DNA of 18,324 nt from assembly GCA_040905465.1 (NCBI GenBank), contig JBBDRK010000037.1:21030-39353 (forward strand), in the 5' to 3' direction. Below the pieces are notes generated by a model. The model did not search any database, was not told the origin of the DNA, and was given only the letters and a program-made list of their open reading frames with translations. The stretch's first letter is position 1; each line of letters begins with the position of its first letter. This DNA is from Trueperaceae bacterium (lineage in GTDB: Bacteria; Deinococcota; Deinococci; Deinococcales; Trueperaceae). The position numbers and the translations under genes were made by a program. Of the stretch, positions 9,252 through 18,324 are shown piece by piece.

Positions 9252-10352
9252 GTGGATGAGATCCTTGAGGAGTTCCAGGCCTACGTCGAAGAGCTGAGCG
9301 CCTCCCTGCGTGCCGGCGCCCTTACCGGAACCGACGGCGAGCGGGCTAAAGCAAGCGCCGACCAGCTCGTTCGGGACTACCGGGCTCGGCTGCAGGCAGA
9401 GGAGTCGCCCACTCGCGGTCGCGAGCTGCTCGATCGTTTTCGGCTCAAGAGCTCAGGGCAGTTCCAGCTCGCTCCTGCGGGCGTACACCTCGTCCGGGCT
9501 CAGGTCCAGTTCCCGCTGTTCCGATATCGCGCCGGCATCGTACGGCTGCTCCTCGTCCACTCGCTCGGCGTTCTCCCAGGAGCCCAGGACGTAGTTCAGG
9601 ACCGCCGCTATCTCAGAGTCCGAAAGGCCCTTCCAGTCCGGCATCGTTCCGTCGTATTCGGCGCCGTCAACCGTTATCGGGCCGCGGAGGCCGAACAGCA
9701 CCACCTGCGCGAGATACTCCGGATCGGCCAGGAAGAGGTCCGCGGCATGGCCGGCGAGTGGCGGGAAGGCTCCCGGGGCGCCTTGGCCGTTCGCCTGATG
9801 GCAGCCGGCACAGGCCGAATACACCTGGCTTCCGTCGGGCAGTTCGGCCTCCGCTCCCTCACCGTTCGCTCCCTCGGACTGAGCCGCGGCGACGACGGTG
9901 AACGGGCTGTCCACGCCACGTTCCGCAACCAGCTCGATGGCGTGCCTGATGTCGATCTGCACGATCCCGTTCTCCAGCTCTCTGTAGCCGCTCAACTCCT
10001 GCGACGAGCGTTCGATCGTGGCGGAAAACTGCCTGGTGTCAGCCTCTCCGAAGCGGCCCTGCGGTCGGGCGCTGACGAGGACCAGCAGCGCTACCAGGGT
10101 GAGCACCATCAATACGGTCACGACGTTGAACATCGCCCGGATCTGACCTTCGCTGAACATGTACTGTCGCGTTGGCTCAGGCATGATCGGCCCCCAGCGG
10201 ATGTCCCGGCACGGTGGCGGCGTGTTCATGCGGGTCGGGCGCCAGCCTGGGGTCGTGCAGAGGCAGGATCGGCCGCGACGCCAGCGAACGGGCGAACACG
10301 GCCAGCCACAACCCACCGAGTCCGACCAAAAGAAGTACGTCGAGCAGGGTAA
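9252..10352 (+). CDS. Hypothetical protein; only the first ~67 codons look genuine, remainder is antisense to the cytochrome c gene
   Basis: GGAGG at 9241-9245 then GTG 9252; amphipathic helical N-terminus MDEILEEFQAYVEELSASL... fills the 9233-9452 gap; no in-frame stop before 10350-10352. Confidence 0.35.
   Translation: MDEILEEFQAYVEELSASLRAGALTGTDGERAKASADQLVRDYRARLQAEESPTRGRELLDRFRLKSSGQFQLAPAGVHLVRAQVQFPLFRYRAGIVRLLLVHSLGVLPGAQDVVQDRRYLRVRKALPVRHRSVVFGAVNRYRAAEAEQHHLREILRIGQEEVRGMAGEWREGSRGALAVRLMAAGTGRIHLASVGQFGLRSLTVRSLGLSRGDDGERAVHATFRNQLDGVPDVDLHDPVLQLSVAAQLLRRAFDRGGKLPGVSLSEAALRSGADEDQQRYQGEHHQYGHDVEHRPDLTFAEHVLSRWLRHDRPPADVPARWRRVHAGRAPAWGRAEAGSAATPANGRTRPATTHRVRPKEVRRAG
9453..10184 (-). 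CDS. Membrane-anchored monoheme cytochrome c: ActG-like N-terminal module fused to a Thermus c552-type domain
   Basis: ATG 10184 overlaps actF stop by 8 nt; one TM helix, ELSGYRELENGIVQIDIRHAIELVAERG, Ala/Gly/Glu linker, then YSACAGCHQANGQGAPGAFPPLAGH...YDGTMP...LSDSEIAAVLNYV (heme motif 9798-9812, axial Met). Confidence 0.9.
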   Translation of the reverse strand: MPEPTRQYMFSEGQIRAMFNVVTVLMVLTLVALLVLVSARPQGRFGEADTRQFSATIERSSQELSGYRELENGIVQIDIRHAIELVAERGVDSPFTVVAAAQSEGANGEGAEAELPDGSQVYSACAGCHQANGQGAPGAFPPLAGHAADLFLADPEYLAQVVLFGLRGPITVDGAEYDGTMPDWKGLSDSEIAAVLNYVLGSWENAERVDEEQPYDAGAISEQRELDLSPDEVYARRSELELP

Positions 10353-11409
10353 CGGGAGAGCCGCTGCGGCCGTAGGACGGAACCAGGATCCAAAACAGAT
10401 CGACTACCCGGACGAAGATCGCGAACAGCGCCACCGCCGTCAGGGCGGTCCGCTTGCGCTTCACCCATCTGGAGAAGAGGATTGCGAACGGCGCGAAGAA
10501 ACCGAAGACCAGCAGGAACGCGCTCAGGTAGGCCCAGTCGGTGTTGAGCCGAACTACGTACCAGGCATTGGTTTCGACGGTGTTGTTGGACCAGATGATG
10601 ATGAGCTGCGAAAAGTTGACGTAGGCCCAGAACATCGTGAACGCCATGAGGAAGTTGCCCAGATCCTGCAGCCGCTTGGCGGTAAGCAGCTCATTTATGG
10701 CCGGCACGCTGCCTGCCAGCAGCACCATCACGGCGATAATGAACGAGACAGAGGTTATCGCCTGTCCGATCATCAGGATGACCGGGTAGATACCGCTGTA
10801 CCAGTCCGCCGTGATGGACATCCCCCAGTCCACGCCGGCGAAGGTCATGGTCAGCACGTAGATGATTATCCAGACGGCGCTGACGGCCTTCATCCGGTAA
10901 CCGAGCGCGCCGCTGTTCTCCACCTCGCGGTCCTGTCGGTTGGACATGCGAAGGAAGAACAAGGCGCCGGCGATCCAGATGGCGAAGTACAGCACGGCCC
11001 GGGCGATGAAGAAGGGGACGTTGAGGTAGGCCGTCTTGGCCGCTACGAGCGGATGCGACTCCACGTATTCGGGATTGGTCCACTCGTAGAGTGAGCCGAG
11101 GCCGAACAACAGGGGCACGAACAGAACCGCAAGGGCCGGCAGGACCGCGACGCCGGCCTCCAGCGGCCGCCGTATCAATGCACCCCAGGAGCCGCCGGCA
11201 AGGTGCTGCACGAAGAGCATGACCAGGCAGCCGAGCGACAGGCCGAGCCAGAACAGGAAGGCGAACAGGTACGACTGGAAGAATCCGCTGCCGCCTAGCA
11301 GCGCCAACGCCAAGGCCGCAACGGTGGCTGCCGCGCCGACCAGCAGTGAGACGCCCTGGGTCCGCTTCAGGTCGAGTGACGGTGTGGGGTCGTGCGACTT
11401 CGCTGCCAT
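10177..11409 (-). CDS. actF: Alternative complex III membrane subunit F
   Basis: Multi-TM; QHLAGGSWG...RRPLEA, LYEW, KTAYLNVPFFIAR, DWGMS...WYSGIY, QDLGNFLMAF..FWAYVNFSQLIIIW; TGATG overlap with actE. Confidence 0.92.
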   Translation of the reverse strand: MAAKSHDPTPSLDLKRTQGVSLLVGAAATVAALALALLGGSGFFQSYLFAFLFWLGLSLGCLVMLFVQHLAGGSWGALIRRPLEAGVAVLPALAVLFVPLLFGLGSLYEWTNPEYVESHPLVAAKTAYLNVPFFIARAVLYFAIWIAGALFFLRMSNRQDREVENSGALGYRMKAVSAVWIIIYVLTMTFAGVDWGMSITADWYSGIYPVILMIGQAITSVSFIIAVMVLLAGSVPAINELLTAKRLQDLGNFLMAFTMFWAYVNFSQLIIIWSNNTVETNAWYVVRLNTDWAYLSAFLLVFGFFAPFAILFSRWVKRKRTALTAVALFAIFVRVVDLFWILVPSYGRSGSPVTLLDVLLLVGLGGLWLAVFARSLASRPILPLHDPRLAPDPHEHAATVPGHPLGADHA

Positions 11410-12044
11410 CAACGGACACCTTCCTGGGCGGCCGACTCCAACTGCGCGTCGGCCGGCAGATCGTCCACCGTCGCATAGCGGCTCAACTGGAGCGCCCGGA
11501 TGTAGCCTGCGATCGCCCAGCGGTCTTCCGGCGGAATGCGGGAGGCGTAGGGGAACATGCGCCCGAACCCGTTGGTCATCGCGTTGAAGAAGTGACCCAC
11601 CGGAGCGTCGCGCAAGCGCTGGTCGTGAAACGAAGTAGGCGCCGGAAATCCTCGCTGGACCACGACCCCGCGCCCGTCACCGGTGTAGTTGTGGCACGGC
11701 GCGCAGTAGATGTTGTATCGCTCCATGCCGCGCAGCAACAGCTCCTCGCTGGTAGCGATCGGCAGTTCGGCAACCAGTCCGCCGTCGGCCTGCCCGGTAA
11801 AGAAGACCGGGTCCACCGCCCCGCGCTCGCGGGAAACCGTTCCCTCCGGCGGGACCTGTGCGGTGGTGCCGTTCTCGAAGAACGGGTTCGCCTCGAAGTT
11901 CCGGAAATTCGGCTGCTCGGCCATGTTGCGGCCGCAGCCGGTTACCGACAGGGCCACGAGCACCAGCAGCAAGACGGCGCCTGGCCGCCTCCGGGCCCGG
12001 CCGTTCAGAGGGGTTTCATCACTCGGCTTCATCGCTGCACTCAT
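11409..12044 (-). CDS. actE: Alternative complex III monoheme cytochrome c lipoprotein subunit E
   Basis: Lipobox VTG-C, MAEQP, PPEGTVSR, YNIYCAPCH, NGFGRMFPYASRIPPEDRWAI; ATG 12044 overlaps actD stop (ATGA). Confidence 0.92.
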   Translation of the reverse strand: MSAAMKPSDETPLNGRARRRPGAVLLLVLVALSVTGCGRNMAEQPNFRNFEANPFFENGTTAQVPPEGTVSRERGAVDPVFFTGQADGGLVAELPIATSEELLLRGMERYNIYCAPCHNYTGDGRGVVVQRGFPAPTSFHDQRLRDAPVGHFFNAMTNGFGRMFPYASRIPPEDRWAIAGYIRALQLSRYATVDDLPADAQLESAAQEGVR

Positions 12045-12600
12045 CTTTCGACCATCGACACTCGGGTAGGTGCCAGCTCTTCCAGGAAACGCCGCGTTGC
12101 GGTCAGATCGAACTTCTCGTCGCGCGCTTCGATGCACAGGAAAAACTTGTCGCGCGTGGCGTTCTCGAAATTCGGAGTATTGAAGATCGGGTGGTAGGGC
12201 CGCGGCAGACCGTTGCGGGCGAGCATCACCAGCCCGACAGTGAACGCCGAGACCAGGACCGTGACCTCGAACGTGATCACGACGAAGTTCGGCCACGAGT
12301 TGAAGGGGCGGCCCCCGATATTCAGCGGATAGTGCACCACATTGGCGTACCACTGCATGAAGAATCCCAGGAAGCCGCCTGCCGTTCCCGCCAACAACAT
12401 GATCCAGCCGAGCCTTGTGGGTTTCATGCCCAGTTTGTCGTCGAGCCCCTCCACCGCGAACGGCGTGTAGGCGTCGGTACGGGAGTAGCCCGCCTGGCTG
12501 GTCGCTTCGGCGGCTACCAGGATCTCCTCGGCGCTGTCGAACTCCGCGACCAGGCCGTACAGGCCGCGGTTCCGAGTATCGGCTTCCATCACCGCGTCGC

Positions 12601-12604
<4 letters not shown>
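12041..12604 (-). CDS. actD: Alternative complex III subunit D (DUF3341)
   Basis: GLVAEFD, DAYTPFAVEGL, YPLNIGGRP..SWPNF..ITFE.TVL, two TM helices, DKFFLCIEARD; position between actC and actE. Confidence 0.93.
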
Positions 12605-14039
<1,435 letters not shown>

Positions 14040-14040
<1 letters not shown>

Positions 14041-17027
14041 CAGTGAGCTCCGGCTTCTTCCGAGACGAGCTGAGGGTGGGGGTTCTTCACTCTGGCCAGG
14101 TAGGTGTTGCGCGGTTTGGTGTTGAGTTCGGCCAGAAGCTGATAGTTGAGCGGCGAGAGCTTGAGCCGGCTCACCGCGGCCGACGAGTCGTTGAGGTCGC
14201 CGAACACGATGGCCCGGGTCGGGCAGGCCGCCTGGCAAGCCGTCACCACCTCGCCGTCGGCGATGCGGCGATCCTCGGTCTCGGCGTCGATGCGCGCCTT
14301 GGCGATGCGCTGCACGCAGAAGCTGCACTTCTCCATCACCCCGCGACTGCGTACGGTGACGTCGGGGTTGGAGGCGAGGGACAGCTCGGTAGCGGTGTTG
14401 GAGAGCTCTGCGTACTGCAGGAAGTTATAGCGCCGCACCTTGTACGGGCAGTTGTTGGAGCAGTAGCGGGTGCCGACGCAGCGGTTGTAGACCATCGTGT
14501 TCAGGCCCTCGTTGTCGTGGACCGTCGCCCCCACCGGGCAGACCGGCTCGCACGGCGCTTGTTCGCAGTGCTGGCACAGCATCGGCTGATGGAAGTACTC
14601 GGGGTCGTCGATGTCGCCGGCGTGGTAGTTGTCGATCCGCAGCCAGTGCATCTCGCGGCCGACCGCCACTTGGTCCTTGCCGACGATCGGCACGTTGTTC
14701 TCCGACTGGCAGGCCACCACGCAGGCGTTGCAGCCGGTGCACACGTTCATGTCGATGACCATGCCCCAGGCGTACGAGTCGTAAACGTAATCGGGATACA
14801 GGTTCGACTCGTGGTGGGCCACCGGATGAACGAAGTGCGGATGCTCCGGCTCGTCGCGGAACTCGGCGACGGTGCCGGCCCGGATGATATGACGCTCCTC
14901 GCCCGTGCCATTGAGGTTGTGGTGCGGCTGTGTCGACACCAGCTTGTAACGTCCGCCGGTCTTCTCGACGCTCACCGGCGCCGTCCAGGCGCCGTCGGCG
15001 GGCCGCAAGGCGTTCGCGTCGAAACCTATTCCGCTGCCGATGCGGCCGGCGCGGCCGCGTCCGTACCCCAGGTGAACCGTGACCGTGCCGCGGGCCTGGC
15101 CGGGAAGAACCCATATCGGCGCCTCGACCGAGCGGTCGTCGGCCGTCAAGGTGACCACGTCGCCGTTGTTCACGCCCAGCTCCTCGGCCGTGGCGGGGGA
15201 GACGAGGGCGGCGTTGTCCCAGGTCAGTTTGGTGAACGGCTTCGGCAACTCCTGCAGCCAGCCGTTGTTTGCCCAGCGGCCGTCGCCGATCGTGGGATCG
15301 GGGCGGAAGCTGACGGTCAACTCTTGCGAGGGCTCCGGGAGCTCTACTTCGAACGCTTGAACTGTCGGTGTCGCTACCGGCGAGGCACTTCCGGCGATCA
15401 CACCGCCATAAACCGCCTGGCGCCAGAACTCCTCGAAAGCGCCCTCCACCTGGTCGCTCCAATAGGAGCGCACCAGTTCGTAGCTGGTCGGTTCCGCATC
15501 TCCCGCCAGGGCGGCGAGGAGTTCGTGGTGCGAGCGTCCGCCGTAGAAGGTGGAGATGAGCGGCTGGGTGATAGTCGCGGTGCCGTCGAAGGCGCGAGTG
15601 TCGCTCCAGGTCTCGAGGAAGTGGGCCTCGGGAACGTGCCAGGTGGCGATCTCGGCGGTTTCGTCGGCGTAGATGCCGAGGTGAACCGAGAACGGCACCC
15701 GTGCGAGCGCTTCGCCGAAACCGAGCGCCACTGGCGCGCTGTAGACGGGGTTGACGCCCAGCATGGCCAGCACGCTGACGTTTCCTGCGTTCATCGCTTC
15801 CGTCAGTTGCGCCAACGACTGACCGCCCGGCGTCGGAGCGGTGCCGGCAGGCTGGAGGAATCGCACGGTGTTGCCGCCAGCACCCAGGGTGTCGTTGATC
15901 GCGTGGACCAGTGCCTGGACCTGCGCCGGCAAGTACTGACCGGGCACCAGCAGGGCGCGGTCGCCGGCGCCTTGCAGATCCTCGAGCAGCGCTTCGAACA
16001 GAGGCTCGCTGACGGCCGAGGGCAACTCGCGCTCGGGTGCTTCGACTCCGAGCCGTGCCGCCAGCACGGCAATCAGGTCGCCGATCTGGCCCGGGCCCAA
16101 TGGAATCCGGTGATCGGATATCGAGCCGGTGGGTGTCGGACTGCTCTCGAACGCGTAGAACCGCCCGGGATCGCTGTCGGCCTCATGAACGCGCCGGCGA
16201 TCGGCGAACGCACGAGCGTATCTCAGCCGTCCCGGATAGTCGTTGGTGAAGTCGGCATCGAGTGAAACCACCACGCCGGTGTTGGCGAAGTCGAAGGCCG
16301 GCATGAGCGGCTCGCCGAAAGCCAACCGGGTCCCTTCCAGCAACTGGTCGCTGCGTGAGGCGTCGTACTGGTGCCACACGGCCTCGGGGTACTGCTCGAG
16401 GAGCCGTTCGATCTGACGCGCCAGCGTGGGAGAGGTGACGTTCTCGGTCAGTAGCCGCAGCCCGCTGCCGTTGTCGGTCTCGGCCAATGCCGAAGATAGC
16501 GCCTCGCTGAACTCTTCCCAGGTTCGGTCGCTTCCATCGCTGATGACGGCTTGTGAGCGTTCCGGGTCGTAGAGGGTCAGAACGCTGGCCTGGGCCGCGA
16601 CGCCGGTGGCGCCGAGGCTGGCGGGGTGATCAGGGTTGCCCTCGACCTTGGTGGGCCGTCCCTGATGGCTCTCGACCAGCACGCCTTCGCCGTACCCGCC
16701 ATGATTCATGGCCGAGGCGAAAAAGAGCGGCCGCCCCGGAATGATCTGCTCGGGTTGCCGAACGTAAGGCACTATCTTCTCGCCGGCCGGAACCGGGCGA
16801 GCGCAGGCGGTCAGGCCGGCCAGAGCCAGCGAGGCTCCCAACAGCTTGAGGAAGTCGCGGCGCTGGAACGAGCCTTCGAGCGGCGCGGCCTGCCTCGGGA
16901 ACTCCTGCTCCAGGAAGCTCCTGAACTCCTCGGTGTCGGCCAGTTCGTCGAGGCTGCGCCAGTACGCCTTGCCGTTCTGGGCGTTGAGGCGCTTGCGGAT
17001 GTCGGCAATGTTCAGCGAATCGCTCAT
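14040..17027 (-). CDS. actB: Alternative complex III subunit B (molybdopterin-oxidoreductase-like domain plus Fe-S domain), Tat-exported lipoprotein
   Basis: YWRSLDEL, EFP, Tat motif QRRDFLK, LTA-C lipobox, GRPTKVEGNPDHP, ANNGWLQELP, Fe-S motifs CTGCNACVVAC, CQHCEQAPCEPVCP, CVGTRYCSNNCP, EKCSFC...ACQAACP. True start ATG 17027 overlaps actA stop; the ORF-track start at 17636 is spurious. Confidence 0.96.
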
Positions 17028-17677
17028 CGGTGGCACGTCCAGCACTGGGGCAACTTGTCGGTATCGATGTGATAGGCCTCGATCAGCTCGCGACCGAGCT
17101 CCAGCTGATCGTCGGGGCGGACGTAGGCCATGTTGAGCACCTCGCTGCGCGGGCGCAGGAACCGCTCGGGGGCGCGATGACACTCTAGGCACCAGCCCAT
17201 CGTCATCGGTTCGTTCTTCCACATTCCGGCCATCTGATCGACCGCGCCGTGACAGGAACTGCAGCCGACACCCTTGTTCACGTGAATGCTGTGGTCGAAG
17301 TAGACGAAGTCGGGCATGTCGTGGACGCGGTTCCACGCGATCGGCAGGCCGCTGTCCCAACTCTCCTGAACCGGAGCCAGCTCGGGAGAGCCGACTCGAA
17401 TCTGTGAATGACAGGTCATGCAGGTCTCGGTGCTCGGTATGGTCGCGAAACTGCTGGTTTCGACCGTCGAGTGGCAGTAGCGGCAGTCGAGGCCGAGACC
17501 GCCGGCGTGCAGATCGTGCGGGAAGTCGACGGGCTGCGGTACCGGCACTCCGACCCTGTTGTTGCTGGTGCGGGCGAACACTGTCAGCGCCGTCACCAGC
17601 AGTACCAGGAACACGGTGCCGGCCAGTATCGTCCACCTGATGAACGAGTTCGAATTTGGCGGAAAGAGCTGCGGCAT
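17024..17677 (-). CDS. actA: Alternative complex III pentaheme cytochrome c subunit A
   Basis: MPQLF N-terminus, one TM helix, five CxxCH motifs (CRYCH, CMTCH, CSSCH, CLECH, CWTCH), PDFVYFDHSIHV, MGWC. Confidence 0.96.
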   Translation of the reverse strand: MPQLFPPNSNSFIRWTILAGTVFLVLLVTALTVFARTSNNRVGVPVPQPVDFPHDLHAGGLGLDCRYCHSTVETSSFATIPSTETCMTCHSQIRVGSPELAPVQESWDSGLPIAWNRVHDMPDFVYFDHSIHVNKGVGCSSCHGAVDQMAGMWKNEPMTMGWCLECHRAPERFLRPRSEVLNMAYVRPDDQLELGRELIEAYHIDTDKLPQCWTCHR

Positions 17678-17862
17678 CTAGCCGTCCCCAGAGCCGATTC
17701 GACGGTCAGAGCAACACGTTCGACACGGCGGGCCGCAATCAGCCGGGCTGTCGCCGCGACGTGGAGAAGCAGGTAAAGCGAACAGATAGACCTCCTCGAC
17801 ATTCATGAGGGACGGCTGGATTACGCACACGGCGGCCGCGCCGCCGCCAGAAGAACGCAACC

Positions 17863-17890
17863 AATGTATCACAAGGTTCTGGCGTCGCAA
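17863..17890 (-). promoter_or_regulatory. Putative sigma70 promoter of the act operon
   Basis: Minus strand TTGCGA (17890-17885)-N16-TACATT (17868-17863) with TGn extension. Confidence 0.45.
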
Positions 17891-17891
17891 C

Positions 17892-17907
17892 GGGGACAAT
17901 AGTCCCC
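17892..17907. promoter_or_regulatory. Palindromic transcription-factor site, DosR/DevR (NarL-family)-like
   Basis: GGGGAC-aata-GTCCCC, perfect 6-bp arms with A/T spacer, immediately upstream of the putative -35. Confidence 0.6.
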
Positions 17908-18179
17908 TCTTATGCGCTTGAGACAGGCTTCGCGGCGGCGACGAGTGAGCGCGGTCGGCGCAGCCGCCTTGGTCAGCCTTCGCAGGCGAGACAAGCCGAA
18001 CGCCGGAACTCCTGACAGAGATCGACGCGGAAAGGCAGACACCGGGTCATCGAATACTTTCAATCGTCGCTCGAACCGCCAGATCGGGCCGCACTAATGA
18101 AAGAACCGCCACACTACCTCGCATATCAACCGCTACCATCGTACGCAGGAGTAGTCGTTCGCCGACCCGCTACTATTTC

Positions 18180-18222
18180 GCGAAAGCACGAAGCCCACGA
18201 GACGCGGGCTTCGTGCTTTCGC
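18180..18222 (-). terminator. Long hairpin, probable terminator downstream of tRNA-Ala
   Basis: gcgaaagcacgaagccc (18180-18196) and gggcttcgtgctttcgc (18206-18222) form a perfect 17-bp inverted repeat 26 nt after the tRNA CCA; only a short U run. Confidence 0.7.
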
Positions 18223-18248
18223 TTCGCCGCTCTGAACGGCGCTTCTAT

Positions 18249-18324
18249 TGGTGGAGCCTGACGGATTCGAACCGACGACCTCTCGCTTGCAAAGCGAATG
18301 CTCTCCCAGCTGAGCTAAGGCCCC
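18249..18324 (-). tRNA. tRNA-Ala (UGC)
   Basis: GGGGCCT TA GCTC AGCTGGGA GAGC A TTCGC TT-TGC-AA GCGAG AGGTC GTCGG TTCGAAT CCGTC AGGCTCC A CCA: 76 nt cloverleaf, G3:U70 alanine identity pair, encoded CCA. Confidence 0.98.

Noticed and set aside
17028-17636. Apparent 203-aa N-terminal extension of ActB, and similar extensions of ActC, ActE and the cytochrome gene
   Set aside because: They overlap the upstream act genes in another frame; true starts are at the stop/start overlaps, so no ActA-ActB fusion or frameshift is needed.
17678-17806. 42-codon Cys-containing uORF (MNVEEVYLF...CRTCC...) ending right before actA
   Set aside because: No SD before its ATG and composition is not protein-like; cannot be supported without Ribo-seq or conservation.
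17857-17874. TTGTGA on the minus strand resembling a Rex or CRP half-site
   Set aside because: No matching second half (TCACAA); better explained as the extended -10.
18223-18324. tRNA 3' end as an integration site for an island
   Set aside because: No duplicate of the tRNA 3' end and no integrase seen in the window; the act operon has host-like composition.

Overview
GC-rich bacterial chromosomal segment, most likely Deinococcota (Truepera-like). This is inferred from the GyrB N-terminus, a Thermus-type cytochrome c552 domain and several -10 boxes abutting start codons. Left to right: a 3'-truncated ABC-F ATPase (minus strand, missed by the ORF track), then RNHCP zinc-finger, YtcJ-like amidohydrolase, proA and a DUF1761-like membrane protein. 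A lower-GC islet follows, with an AbrB/VapB-PIN/VapC toxin-antitoxin pair and a DinB-family gene, then a stand-alone gyrB. The right half is a complete, translationally coupled Alternative Complex III operon (actABCDEF) on the minus strand, followed by a hairpin terminator and tRNA-Ala(UGC) at the window edge. The main observation is the seventh act gene, which looks like an ActG-type membrane anchor fused through a flexible linker to a strongly acidic Thermus c552-type cytochrome. The operon promoter carries a near-perfect DosR/DevR-type palindrome. Together these suggest, by inference only, a low-oxygen-regulated ACIII with its own tethered electron shuttle. Also notable: a VapC with an apparent Asp-to-Ala catalytic substitution, a small RBS-led ORF that lacks a stop and runs antisense through the cytochrome gene, and an RBS-sequestering RNA fold after proA.
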